From an uncultured Phycisphaerales bacterium (lineage in GTDB: Bacteria; Planctomycetota; Phycisphaerae; Tepidisphaerales; Tepidisphaeraceae): a DNA stretch of 64,000 nt. Below are positions 41,273 through 51,271 of the stretch, piece after piece. How positions within the stretch are numbered: the first letter of the stretch is position 1; each line of letters starts with the position of its first letter. The position numbers and the translations under genes are program-made. A model generated the notes under the pieces. That model saw nothing but the letters and a program-made list of their open reading frames with translations, was not told the origin of the DNA and ran no database searches. Location of the stretch: assembly GCA_963758525.1 (NCBI GenBank), contig CAVWVQ010000003.1, positions 2,912,001 through 2,976,000 of the forward strand. Direction: 5' to 3'.

Positions 41273-42276
41273 TCATGCCTCCGCCGGCGGTTCCGGTTCA
41301 ACGGAGGCATCCGCACCTTGCTCGAGCTTTTTAACGCGGGCAACGAGGTCGGGGAGCTGGGTGAAAATGGCGTAGACGCGCCTTGCGTGGGAGGCGGGCA
41401 TGGCGGGGGAGCCGATCATGATCGCTTTTTCATCGACGTCCTGCATGACGCCCGCCTGGGCCGCGAAGGTGGCGCCGTCGCCGATCTTGAGGTGACCCGC
41501 GACCCCGACCTGGCCGCCCATCGTGACGTGATGTCCGAGCACGGTCGAGCCGGCGATTGCGCCCTGGGCGACGAGCAGGCAGTGGGCCCCGATGCGGGCG
41601 TTGTGACCGACGGTCACGAGGTCGCCGAGCTTGCTGCCTCTGCCGATCAAGGTGCTGCCCAGCGCGGCTCGATCGATGGTGGCGTTGGCGCAGATCTCAA
41701 CGTCGTCTTCGATGACGACATTGCCGATTTGCGGGATCTTGTGATGCGCGACTTCCCCGTCTGCGCCTTTGTGCGTTGCAAAGCCGTAGCCGTCCTGACC
41801 GATGCTGGTGTTGGCGTGAATGATCACGCGATCGCCCAGCAAGCAGTCATCGTAGATGACAACGTTCGGATAGAGGATGCAGTCCCGCCCGATCTTCGGC
41901 GCGGGCCAACATAGACGCCGGGGTAGATGACGGTCCCTTGGCCGATGGTTGCCGTTGGATCGACGGTGGCGCGCGGGTGAATTCCGGTGTGGGGATGCTG
42001 GCGGTAGCCGTGGAGTTTCACGATCGCCTGCATAAAGGCGTAGTACGGGTTTTTGTGCCTGAGGAGGGCCGCGCCAGGAGCTTTCACATTAGGCGCGACG
42101 ACCACGGCGGATGCTTTGGTCGTCTCGACCTGCTTCCAATATTTCGGGTTGGACAGGAAGCTGACCTGCCCGGGCCGGGCGGCTTCGAGCGTGTTGGCCG
42201 AGTCAATCTGCAGCGATCCATCACCGACCAATTCCGCGCTGATCGCCGCGGCGAGTTCCGAGAGTGTAATTGTCAC
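41273..42276 (-). CDS. lpxD: UDP-3-O-(3-hydroxyacyl)glucosamine N-acyltransferase (frameshift near 41900)
   Basis: [13 protein letters not shown], hexapeptide repeats, [29 protein letters not shown]. Confidence 0.92.
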
Positions 42277-42472
42277 GGGAGGGATAATAAGGGGAAGGGA
42301 CGAAGGGAAAAAGGACGAGAGGGCAGGGAGACCGGGTCGAGTTGTGTCGGAAAACGCGAATGTCGAAGCCCGAAACCAGAATCAAGCTCGAATGACGAAT
42401 TACGGTAACGAGATTTGACTGCGGGATGTTTCGAACGATCGGGATCGGCGCGACCACCGCACGCCGGATTTG

Positions 42473-42581
42473 CGGTTAGCCGCGACGCGCAGCGGAGCGA
42501 GTATTCGTAAGATTGCGCGTTTGGTGAAATCGCGCCTTCTCTCGTTCGAATACGCGCTCCGCTGCGCGTCGCGGCTAACCG
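42473..42581. repeat. REPIN family D (GGTTAGCCGCGACGCGCAGCGGAGCG inverted doublet)
   Basis: ~35 bp inverted arms around a ~40 bp spacer. Confidence 0.75.
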
Positions 42582-42605
42582 TGGGGAGCGGGGCACCATC
42601 GCGCC

Positions 42606-43742
42606 TTAGCGTGAGGCGGCGCTGCTTTGCGTTTTTTCCACGGCGATGCAGGCTGCGAGCATTTCGCAATAGAGGAAGGCGTCGCACAACTCCGGATGAT
42701 CGGCGACCCAGTGCCATTGCTGGAGGGTTCGGTTCAGCAGGCGATTGAGCGCCGCGGCATCGTTGAGCGCGGCCGCAAGCCGGACCAGGATGGCGTATTC
42801 ACAGACGGCGGCGGGCGACGCGTTGACGGGCCGGCCGCTGCGGCCCAGATAGTAGCGCCGCAGGTCGCCGTCATTGAGCATCGCGAAACGCAGCACCTGG
42901 CGGGCCAGCTCGGGCGACTGGCGGGCGACGCCCAGCGCGGTCGTGCCGCAATTGGCGATACCGACTACGTCGTTTGGCGAGAAGGCGGGCATCGGCAGCT
43001 CCGGATAGAGCGTCATCAGCTCGGGCTGGATCAGGTCGTACAGCAGGCCGCAGGGAGCAACGCTCCGCTGGACCACTTGAAGACAATGATCGGCAAGTGC
43101 CGACAGCCCCGCGTCGCCGGCAGCGTCGGCGATCTCGCGGATGAGATCGGGGTCGTAATCGACGAGAAAGGAATTGCTGGCATACGCGCGGGTTTTAAAC
43201 GCGAAATAATTGCGAACCAGCCAGATCCCCTGGTCGACCGCGGCGTGCGTGCTGTAACCGGCAAGGACCATGCGCGCCCAATCGGCATCCCCGGGATTGC
43301 TGAAAGCGCGCGAGCCGATCCAGAGGCCTCTGGCTACTCGAAGCGCTTCGGTGGTGCCGCTGGCGTCGGGGGCCTCGCCTGGCTTGTATCGCCAGGGGAC
43401 GAAGCCGCGGGTGTATGGGTCATCAGGCACATCGCGAATGAGATTGTGGACGCAATGGTCGCGGAGCAAGCGATAGCCGTCGTGGTCGCCAAGCTGCGCA
43501 AGGACGATCATGAGCTGCGCGGCGTCAACCGTGTAGAGGTAGCCGTCGCCGCGGACGAGCCGGCCGGCGTGCAACCGCGAGAGCATCTCTTGATGCACCC
43601 GCCCGCGGATCGCGGCCACCGCGCCCACCATCGCGTCGGTGGAGACGAATGGAATGTTGTCCGATGACTGCGGCGAGCCCATGGCAACGCCAACCGTGGC
43701 GATCGCCATTCCGCTGAGAAGCTGTCGTCGGGAAGGAGCCAT
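42606..43742 (-). CDS. Tat-exported hypothetical protein, possibly an (alpha/alpha)6 glycosidase-like fold
   Basis: MAPSRRQLL...; helical body with W and D residues; fold call is a guess. Confidence 0.5.
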   Translation of the reverse strand: MAPSRRQLLSGMAIATVGVAMGSPQSSDNIPFVSTDAMVGAVAAIRGRVHQEMLSRLHAGRLVRGDGYLYTVDAAQLMIVLAQLGDHDGYRLLRDHCVHNLIRDVPDDPYTRGFVPWRYKPGEAPDASGTTEALRVARGLWIGSRAFSNPGDADWARMVLAGYSTHAAVDQGIWLVRNYFAFKTRAYASNSFLVDYDPDLIREIADAAGDAGLSALADHCLQVVQRSVAPCGLLYDLIQPELMTLYPELPMPAFSPNDVVGIANCGTTALGVARQSPELARQVLRFAMLNDGDLRRYYLGRSGRPVNASPAAVCEYAILVRLAAALNDAAALNRLLNRTLQQWHWVADHPELCDAFLYCEMLAACIAVEKTQSSAASR

Positions 43743-43787
43743 TTGCCGCGTTTCCAGGCCTCGGGTTTCAGGTGCGCGACAAGTTCC

Positions 43788-44130
43788 GATGACGAAACCG
43801 TGCCGCAGAAACCCGAATGACGAAACCCGAAACCCGAATGACGAATGTTCGAATGAAACGTCGCGAGTCGGCCCGCGCAACTTGGTTAATTAATGCGTCA
43901 CTCTTCGCGCCTGTCGACGCCCGATCGCGAGCGGTCACATTCGCGGTTTGGTCATTCGGTCATTCGTCATTCGGATTTGATTCTGCTCTGCTGAAATCCT
44001 CTCGCCGTCGCTTGTTTTCCCCCTCCCCTGGTACTCCGGAGCAGGGTTGGGGTGGGGTTTTGCCGGGCGAACGACAAGGATTTCAGCAGAGCAATTTGAT
44101 TCTGGTTTCGGGTTTCGTCATTCGGGTTTC
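43788..44130. repeat. AATGACGAA/TTCGTCATT degenerate repeat array with a family-A REP
   Basis: AAACCCGAATGACGAA repeats facing TTCGTCATTCGG(G/A)TTT; REP at 44015-44057; related stretch at ~42355-42400. Confidence 0.65.
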
Positions 44131-44166
44131 CGCCCGGCGGCCCGGGCTTCCGCGCAGCGGCCCGGC

Positions 44167-45340
44167 TTATTCTCTCAATCGAGTCTGCACATTATCCAGC
44201 ACATTCATGAAATTGATGTAGCTGTCATACGGACTTTCATAGGGGCTGTCATGCTTGTGCGGGTCGCCCTCGGCCCAGTACTTGGTGCACATGTAGTAGA
44301 AATGATCGCTCGCCGTCAGGCGCCGCCAGTCGGAGAGGAGCTGCTCGTCTCCCTTTTCTTTCATCGCTCCTTCGATTTTGTACAGCTCGTGGAGGGCGTT
44401 GGATTGCATCGCGTTGCCGAGCCAGGGGCTGAGGTCCCGCTCTTCATCGGCCCAGGAGATCATGTGCGGCACGTCGATCTCTCCGACGCTCTGATAGGCA
44501 TCGCACAGTTGGGACGGCGTGAGGAAGTTGTTGTCGCCGTTCTGCAGGACGGCGGCGGGGACATGGCGGATGAATTCGAAGATTCCAGTTGACTCCGACT
44601 GGCGGACGCCGAAGGTGTCGTAGTGCATGAACAGGTTGCAGAGTACGCCGCTCCCGTTGATCTGGCTGATCCATTTCGCGAATTTCTCGGAAGTCAGCGG
44701 CCATTGTTCCCATGATCGGTCGCCAAAACGCAGCACCAGATCTTCGCTGAGCCGATGGTTTTTGAGCAAAAGCTTCAGCCGCGACGAATGGGGCGGGCTG
44801 TAGACGGCGTTGGGGCTGCGATGCCCGAGGATCTGGTCGGCGCCCTCGGCGAGCACCGCGTCGTACCCCATGTGGCTGACAAAATGAGCCAGGTCGTTGT
44901 TGTAAATCAGCTCCGTGTTGCGGAAGACGCGCGGCTCCTGGCCGAAGAGCTGCTTGATCTTGCGGCGGTGCATCTCCACCTGCGCGAAACTCCTCGCGCG
45001 AGTAGAGAAATGCCAGGGAGTGGTAATACGTCTCGTCCAGAAACTCCACGCACCCCGTTTGATTCAGTTCTTGAAAGCCGGCGAGCGCGTCGGGCGCGTG
45101 TTGCTCGAGCTGTTCGAGGGTGCTTCCGCTGATGGAGTAGGAGACGCGGAAGCGTCCGTTCTGCGCGCGGATGGCATCCAGCAGGGCGCGATTGGCCGGA
45201 AGGTAGCAGGTTTGTGCGAGCCTGCGGGAGATCTCCGCATTATTGTGGTCGTCGAAGTAATGACGGTCGGTATCGAAAACGCTGTAGCGGCGAAGCTGAA
45301 TGGGCTGATGGATTTGAAAGTAGAAACAGACCGACGCCAT
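44167..45340 (-). CDS. Glycoside hydrolase family 57, alpha-amylase-like (frameshift near 44985)
   Basis: FQIHQP, CYLPAN, ETYYHSL, FRNTELIY, SWADEERD...WLGN, SDHFYYM. Confidence 0.85.
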
Positions 45341-45778
45341 ACGACCATCCTTGCTCGAGCAGCCCCTGACCAAACCCGCGCAACCTGGTGCGCGGCAGGG
45401 TCCGGCCGGGATCGAGGCCTTCAGGCGCTGCGGCCCCGGCGTACCGGAACCAGCGGCTCTCGACGGCAACGAGGCCCGCGCGATGGCGTAAGCAACGACC
45501 GCGCTACATCATCAACTGCCGGCTGCCACGACCGCATTCTACCGAGACAAGGGGCGGGGTCTACCGTTGCGGCGCGGTTTTCCGCCGCTCCGTTTTGCGG
45601 GCGACGAGCGCGACGGCGGAGGTTCAGCCCGGGTTATTGATCCATTGCAAGGCCGGCAGTCTGCAGCGCGCTGATCGGGATTGTGAGAGGTTCAGCCATT
45701 GCGAACGCAAATCGCGTTGCGCTCTACCGGCAGGAAAAGCTGAGGCGGCAAGGCTGGACGCGGACAGCGGGAGGTCGC

Positions 45779-46249
45779 TCAATCGGGCACAATGGGGGTC
45801 TCACCATTTGCCGCGGGGATGGCAGCGTCAGAAATACGCTCCCCGCCTGGAAACGTGCCGGTAAGCTGAAGCTCCAGCACGCCTAACAGTTGATCCGGGT
45901 CGATTGGTTTGATCAATAATGGGGGCAGTTCCTGGGTCGGCAAAACGTGCATTTTGTGTTGGATCTGGTGGAGCGGCATGCCCGACAGCAGTACGACCGG
46001 TAGTGCTCGACGATGCTCCTGCAGGTATTTGAGCACCTCAAACCCGTCCACTCCCGGCATGTGCAAATCCAGCAGCACCGCCGACACCTCCCGCTCTTTT
46101 ACATGTTCGATCGCGGATACACCGTCACCCACCTCGTCCACCCAGTAGCCCGCGCCCCGCAGGTAGTGTCCCAGCGCCAATCGCTCGACGGGCGAATCGT
46201 CCACCAGCAATACGCGCGGTGCCGCTTTTTCGGTGTCGGCTGAAACCAT
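45779..46249 (-). CDS. Single-domain response regulator
   Basis: VLLVDD, LLDLHMPGVDG, LLSG, KP. Confidence 0.85.
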   Translation of the reverse strand: MVSADTEKAAPRVLLVDDSPVERLALGHYLRGAGYWVDEVGDGVSAIEHVKEREVSAVLLDLHMPGVDGFEVLKYLQEHRRALPVVLLSGMPLHQIQHKMHVLPTQELPPLLIKPIDPDQLLGVLELQLTGTFPGGERISDAAIPAANGETPIVPD

Positions 46250-46400
46250 CTTCTTACCCAATCTAACGGCGGCAATTATCATGCCGCCGGGCAAATGTAG
46301 CAAATGCTTTCAATCTCTTTCGGACGGATTTCGGCCATTCAGAGGAGTGCCGCACGCGGGCGGCGCCGGCTCGATTGCACGATGAAGTTATTGGAAAACG

Positions 46401-46428
46401 TTGACAGGCGCGCCGCACTGCGTAGAAT
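46401..46428 (+). promoter_or_regulatory. sigma70-type promoter for the riboswitch leader
   Basis: TTGACA (46401-46406), 16 bp spacer, TAGAAT (46423-46428). Confidence 0.65.
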
Positions 46429-46451
46429 CCGCGTTCTAAAACCGAATAATG

Positions 46452-46594
46452 CTCTTATCGAGAGTGGTTGAGGGTTTGGGCCCTTTGACGCCACAGCAAC
46501 CGGTGAATGTCGGAAATATCTTCCGGCCTGAATTAGGTGCTAACTCCCCCCAAGCTGTTGTAACGACGTTTTGTCGGGCTTGGAAAGATAAGAA
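46452..46594 (+). ncRNA. SAM-I (S-box) riboswitch aptamer
   Basis: CTTATC-GAGAGTGG.TGAGGG...GGCCC.TTGA..CC.CAGCAACC...GGTGCTAA.TCC...GGAAAGATAAG; P1 pairs CTTATC with GATAAG. Confidence 0.92.
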
Positions 46595-46620
46595 GGCGCT
46601 TCCCGCTTCCATCGCGATTC

Positions 46621-46654
46621 AAGCCTCTTCTTATCGAAGAGGCTTTTTGTTTTT
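46621..46654 (+). terminator. Riboswitch-controlled terminator
   Basis: AAGCCTCTTC-TTATC-GAAGAGGCTT plus T-tract; its CTTCTTATC can instead pair with the P1 3' strand GATAAGAAG (antiterminator). Confidence 0.85.
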
Positions 46655-46669
46655 GATGAAGGAACCGCG

Positions 46670-47944
46670 ATGAGTTACGTGCTGGGACTCAAGTGCAAGG
46701 AGTGCGGGCATCGAGTGCCTGCATCGCCCGTTCACGTCTGCGAGGCATGCTTCGGCCCTTACGAGGTCGACTATGACTATGCGAAGATGAAGGGGAAGGT
46801 CACCCGCGAATCGATTTCCGCCGGGCCGCGCAATCTCTGGCGCTACAAGGATCTGCTCCCGGTTGAAGGACATCCCAGAACAGGGCATCACTCCGGCTTC
46901 ACCCCCCTCAAACGGGCGGACCGCCTGGCGGCGGAACTCGGCTGCGATGAGCTCTGGATCAAGGACGATTCCTGCAATTATCCAACCTACTCCTACAAGG
47001 AGCGCGTCGTCTCGGTGGCGATCAGCAAGGCCATCGAATTTGGATTCGACACGGTGGGTTGCGCCAGTACCGGCAATCTTGCCAACAGCACCGCTGCCCA
47101 TGCCGCCCAGGCGGGCCTTCGCTGCTTTGTGATGATTCCCCACGATCTCGAGCAGGGAAAGGTGCTGGGATCGCTGATCTTCGCGCCGACGATGGTCCGC
47201 ATCCGAGGCAACTACGACGACGTCAATCGCCTGTGCACGGAGATCGCCGACAAATACGGTTGGGCCATCGTCAACGTCAATCTCCGCCCCTATTACACGG
47301 AAGGCGCCAAAACCTTCGGCTTTGAAATTGCCGAGCAGCTTGGCTGGCGATTGCCGAAGCACACGGTCGTTCCCACGGCGGGAGGAACGATTCTTCCCAA
47401 GGTCTACAAAGCCTATCAGGAGTTCATCGACCTGGGGCTGGTCGAGAATAACTCGCCCAGGATCTATTCGGCGCAAGCCGCCGGATGCAATCCGGTGGTG
47501 ACCGCAATTCACAAGGGCGTGGACATCATCGAGCCGCAGAAGCCCAACACGATCGCCAAGTCAATCGCCATCGGCAACCCCGCCGACGGCTATTACGTTT
47601 ATCAGGCCGTCAAGGAATCCGGCGGATGGGGCGAGAGCGCCACCGACAGGGAAATCGTCGATGCGATCAAATTACTGGCGCGAACGGAAGGCATCTGGAC
47701 GGAACCCGCCGGCGGGACCACGCTGGCGGCAACGATCAAGCTGATCGAGCAGGGCCGCATTCCGCGCGACGAGTCCATCGTCGTGAGCATCACCGGCAAC
47801 GGCCTCAAGACGCTGGAAGTCGTGCAGAACGACCTGCAGCCGCCGAGGGTGATCGATCCGAAGCTGTCGGAGTTTGATCAGTTGATTGAAGAGAGCAGGT
47901 CTGCAAAAGCGCCTGAAGCATTGCAGCCGGCGGGGGCGATGTAG
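46670..47944 (+). CDS. thrC: Threonine-synthase-family PLP enzyme
   Basis: CxxC...CxxC N-terminus, PTYSYKER (PLP Lys), CASTGNLA, EGAKTFGFEIAEQLGW, EPAGG, TGNGLK; function may not be ThrC (see findings). Confidence 0.75.
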   Translation: MSYVLGLKCKECGHRVPASPVHVCEACFGPYEVDYDYAKMKGKVTRESISAGPRNLWRYKDLLPVEGHPRTGHHSGFTPLKRADRLAAELGCDELWIKDDSCNYPTYSYKERVVSVAISKAIEFGFDTVGCASTGNLANSTAAHAAQAGLRCFVMIPHDLEQGKVLGSLIFAPTMVRIRGNYDDVNRLCTEIADKYGWAIVNVNLRPYYTEGAKTFGFEIAEQLGWRLPKHTVVPTAGGTILPKVYKAYQEFIDLGLVENNSPRIYSAQAAGCNPVVTAIHKGVDIIEPQKPNTIAKSIAIGNPADGYYVYQAVKESGGWGESATDREIVDAIKLLARTEGIWTEPAGGTTLAATIKLIEQGRIPRDESIVVSITGNGLKTLEVVQNDLQPPRVIDPKLSEFDQLIEESRSAKAPEALQPAGAM

Positions 47945-47978
47945 CCCCGCATCAACGGTGCTGACGGTCGGAGGAAGC

Positions 47979-48605
47979 ATGTTGGTCAAACCAAACTTCA
48001 AGGAGCATCGTCTCACACCGCCCAGCGACGTACACATCCTCTTTCGGAGCACAATGCTGCCGACTGGCGTCACCGGGTTGCCCGGCGCGGCGGCGCGTTC
48101 CACGTCCGCGCGCTACGAATCCAGCGTTACCGTTTCCGGTGGGGTCAGCGGCAATTTCAGGGGGACCATTTATCCCGATGATATGAACGTGAAGGGGCGA
48201 ATTCAGAATGGAATCTACAATCTCTATCTCGGCTTTCATGGCCCAGGCACGCCCGTCCAAGATGATCTTGAAGTGCGAATCAACGGATTTCGGGCGGTGC
48301 TGATCGTGAATGCCGGGCGGCCGATTCCCGTGAGCAGCTTCTCACCGGCAAAGACGACCTCGGACGGCATCCACATCCACAATGGCTACCACCACTGGAC
48401 AAGCAAGAAGCCGATGTCGGAGGGATGTCTTCTCGTTGCGCCGGGCGATTGGCCTGCGTTTATTTCCAAGTTTATCAATGCTTTCCCCAGGATATCTGAC
48501 TGGACTTGCGGCGGCGGCCGTCTCGGTCGCAGAATCGGATCGCTCGCAGTGCTTTCGTTCGCGTACAACGACCTTGTTCCGCGCAAGGACGGCATGCTGG
48601 CGTGA
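47979..48605 (+). CDS. Hypothetical protein with L,D-transpeptidase-like motif
   Basis: GGAGGA RBS; IHIHNG...SEGCL. Confidence 0.5.
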   Translation: MLVKPNFKEHRLTPPSDVHILFRSTMLPTGVTGLPGAAARSTSARYESSVTVSGGVSGNFRGTIYPDDMNVKGRIQNGIYNLYLGFHGPGTPVQDDLEVRINGFRAVLIVNAGRPIPVSSFSPAKTTSDGIHIHNGYHHWTSKKPMSEGCLLVAPGDWPAFISKFINAFPRISDWTCGGGRLGRRIGSLAVLSFAYNDLVPRKDGMLA

Positions 48606-48620
48606 GCATCAGCGCCGCAA

Positions 48621-49136
48621 TTATTTGACCTTGATGCTGAACCCCGCGTCGTTGAACGCCTTCACCAATTTGCCGGCATCAAAATCGCCGGTGACGGTCA
48701 CGGTCTCTTCCTTCGGCTGAATCTCACCCGCGGCGCCGGGAACGGACTTGATCACCTTATTGATGGCTTTCGTGCATTTCCCGCAGCAGTTGTGGATGCT
48801 GGTGATCGTCAAACTTTTGACCTTGCCTTCGGGAGCGCCGCTGTCGTCTTTGATCGTGGCGCCGGTCGCCTTGCCGTAAAATCCGGCATCCACCAGAGCG
48901 TCAACGGCCTTCTGGGCGGTGGCATCGTCGTCGGCGGTGATCGTTATTGTCTTGGCTTTCATATCCGCCTTGGCGGTCGCGCCCGGAACGGCGGCGACAG
49001 CGGCTTGCGCGTCTTTCACGCACGAGCCGCAGCACAGATGCGTTTTCTCGAGTGTCACCGTCGACGAGGCAGCCGCCATCGACGTGGCGACAAACGGAAT
49101 TAAAAGTCCGACCAGCAGAGCGGCAGCACGGTTCAT
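48621..49136 (-). CDS. Secreted tandem heavy-metal-associated (HMA) domain protein
   Basis: Signal peptide; HLCCGSC and HNCCGKC; each repeat ends DAGF. Confidence 0.75.
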   Translation of the reverse strand: MNRAAALLVGLLIPFVATSMAAASSTVTLEKTHLCCGSCVKDAQAAVAAVPGATAKADMKAKTITITADDDATAQKAVDALVDAGFYGKATGATIKDDSGAPEGKVKSLTITSIHNCCGKCTKAINKVIKSVPGAAGEIQPKEETVTVTGDFDAGKLVKAFNDAGFSIKVK

Positions 49137-49175
49137 TGCTTTCCTTTTGTTTGAAGAGTCCGGTTCACTTCCTGT

Positions 49176-50524
49176 CTACTCTACCTTCGGTAGCGTGATT
49201 CGTTGGCCCATCGATCTGCCGTACGCATCCAGAAGCTGATTCAGTTGCACTTTATATTTCTGTTCGAGGCTTTCCTTCCAACCCAGACCGTCCTTCATTC
49301 CGTTGATGAAGTCGACATAATTCTTCTTGCCGTTCTTGATCATGAAGACGGTGAGCGTCTCGGCGACCGGATACTGCCATGCTTCGATGTGGTCGATCGT
49401 GAAGAAATCACCCAGGTCGCCCTTATGCGACTGCAATCCCACCCGCCCAGGCCCGGGATGAATGAAGCCCGGCGCGGATCGGGCACCAGGTCGGAGGCAA
49501 TCGTCTCGGCAAGACCCTCGTTGACCCATGATGTGATATGCACAGGCGAACGGTAGCGGTGAATGAACCCGTGAACAGATTCATGCACCAGCACATGTGC
49601 GAAATTCAACTCGTTGTCCTGACGATAGAACGCGATGTGCACGATTCCGTCGCCGTAGGCGTTGGTCATCCCCACGGACTTTCCGGCGTCGGTGTCTTCG
49701 ATCTGCTGCTCGTAGCTGCGGTAGTCGTTGGCCTGCGTGAAGACGAAAATCAGGCACTTCCCGCGCCAGATGTTCTCCCCGCGCGGCACCGCAAACAGCT
49801 CGGCCAGCCGATCGTACATCCGATCCAGCAACCCTCCCCACTTGGCGGCCTCCGCGGGTGGAAGATCGGAGTAGAAGAGAAAATACTGCGTCTCCTGTGC
49901 CCGCAACGGCCGCTTGAGCGTGTCGGCGGCCTGCCGGGCATACGCCTGCAGCTGCGCGATTTGCTCCTTGCGCTGGGCGTCGGTGGACTGCAGCCACTTG
50001 TCATTTTCAATGCTGCCGACGGTTCGCGGTCCCCCCGCGGACGATGCGATGCTTGCATCATTCGCGGCGCCAGCGCTGCTGTCCGCAGGCGTGCTTGCCC
50101 GCGCGGCCGCATCTGCGCGCGCCTGTGCGACCTCCTTCTTGAGCATCGGATCGATCCGCAGCGCGCGATCAAATGCCTTATTCGCCCACGAGGTCCCATC
50201 TGCAATCGCCAGCAGGTCGCGCCCCAGATCCACCCACGCGGCGCCGTTCCCCGGCTTGATCATCGCCGCACGGCAAAGAAAGACGTTGTGAGCATCAAGA
50301 TCGCTCCACTCGACTTGGAGAGATTTGTCCTTCCCCTGGAGCAGTTCGAACCCGTCGGCATCGTACGCGGTGATGCGCCCGATCAGCGCCGTCTTGTCTG
50401 ACTTATGGAAAGAGACCTGTACCGGATGATCCAGTTCCACCCTCGCGGCCGGAGCGGCCCATGCCGCGGTCGCGCACAGCGCGAAAGCCCAGCCGAGGAA
50501 GCGACATGGTTTGAGTGCGATCAA
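49176..50524 (-). CDS. Secreted gluzincin-like (peptidase MA-like) protein (frameshift near 49445)
   Basis: Signal peptide; LVHESVH...WVNEGLAE. Confidence 0.6.
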
Positions 50525-50670
50525 TTGTCTAATCCGCGTTTGCAGCCGCAGAGCCTACCTTCGGCCGATTTTGGCGGCAAGCAGTGGCGCCCGGGACCAA
50601 GGCTCGCTCTTGCACTTCCGATGCTCCGCGAGATTCATTTTGGCGATTTGCCGTGTAAACTCCCGGTTGA

Positions 50671-51270
50671 ATGTCCTACAAAACCATTTTGTTGTTCGGG
50701 CCGCCGGGCAGCGGCAAGGGAACTCAGGGAAAAATCCTGGGCCAGTTGCCGGGGTATTTTCATTTTGCCTGCGGGGACGCGTTCCGATCGCTCGATCCGA
50801 ACAGCCAGATCGGGCAAGTCTTTGCCCGCTATTCCAAATCCGGCTCGCTGGTTCCCGGCGAGTTGACCGTCGAACTCTGGCGTCAATCGATCGAGGCCGC
50901 GGTCACGGCGGGGAGATACAACCCGCAGAAGCAAATCCTGCTCCTGGACGGAATCCCGCGCACTCTCGAACAAGCCACCATCATGGCGTCAAAGCTCGAC
51001 GTGCAATCGGTGATTTACCTGTTCTGCAACGACCTTGAGCAGATCGTGGAACGGCTGAAAAAGCGCGCGTCGGTCGAGAATCGCGCGGATGACACCGACA
51101 TCGAGATCATCCGCTATCGGATCGATGTCTACGAGGAGCAGACCAGCCCGCTGCTGAATTTCTACGCGAATAATCACGTATATCGCGTGAATGCGACGCA
51201 GGCGCCCGAGCGCGTCACGCAGGACGTTCTGCGAGCAATCGAAAGCCAGCAGCGCTGGTCAGAGTGGTGA
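50671..51270 (+). CDS. adk: Adenylate / nucleoside monophosphate kinase (short LID)
   Basis: GPPGSGKGTQ, GSLVP, LLDGIPRT..QA, R.DD. Confidence 0.8.
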   Translation: MSYKTILLFGPPGSGKGTQGKILGQLPGYFHFACGDAFRSLDPNSQIGQVFARYSKSGSLVPGELTVELWRQSIEAAVTAGRYNPQKQILLLDGIPRTLEQATIMASKLDVQSVIYLFCNDLEQIVERLKKRASVENRADDTDIEIIRYRIDVYEEQTSPLLNFYANNHVYRVNATQAPERVTQDVLRAIESQQRWSEW

Positions 51271-51271
51271 G

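Noticed and set aside
34117..42276. mnmG and lpxD as pseudogenes or programmed frameshifts
   Set aside because: Motifs intact with no in-frame decay and no slippery heptamers; similar breaks occur in about a dozen unrelated genes, so sequencing error is more likely
45341..45778. GC-rich gap upstream of GH57 as a structured RNA
   Set aside because: Only short generic hairpins; no recognisable family
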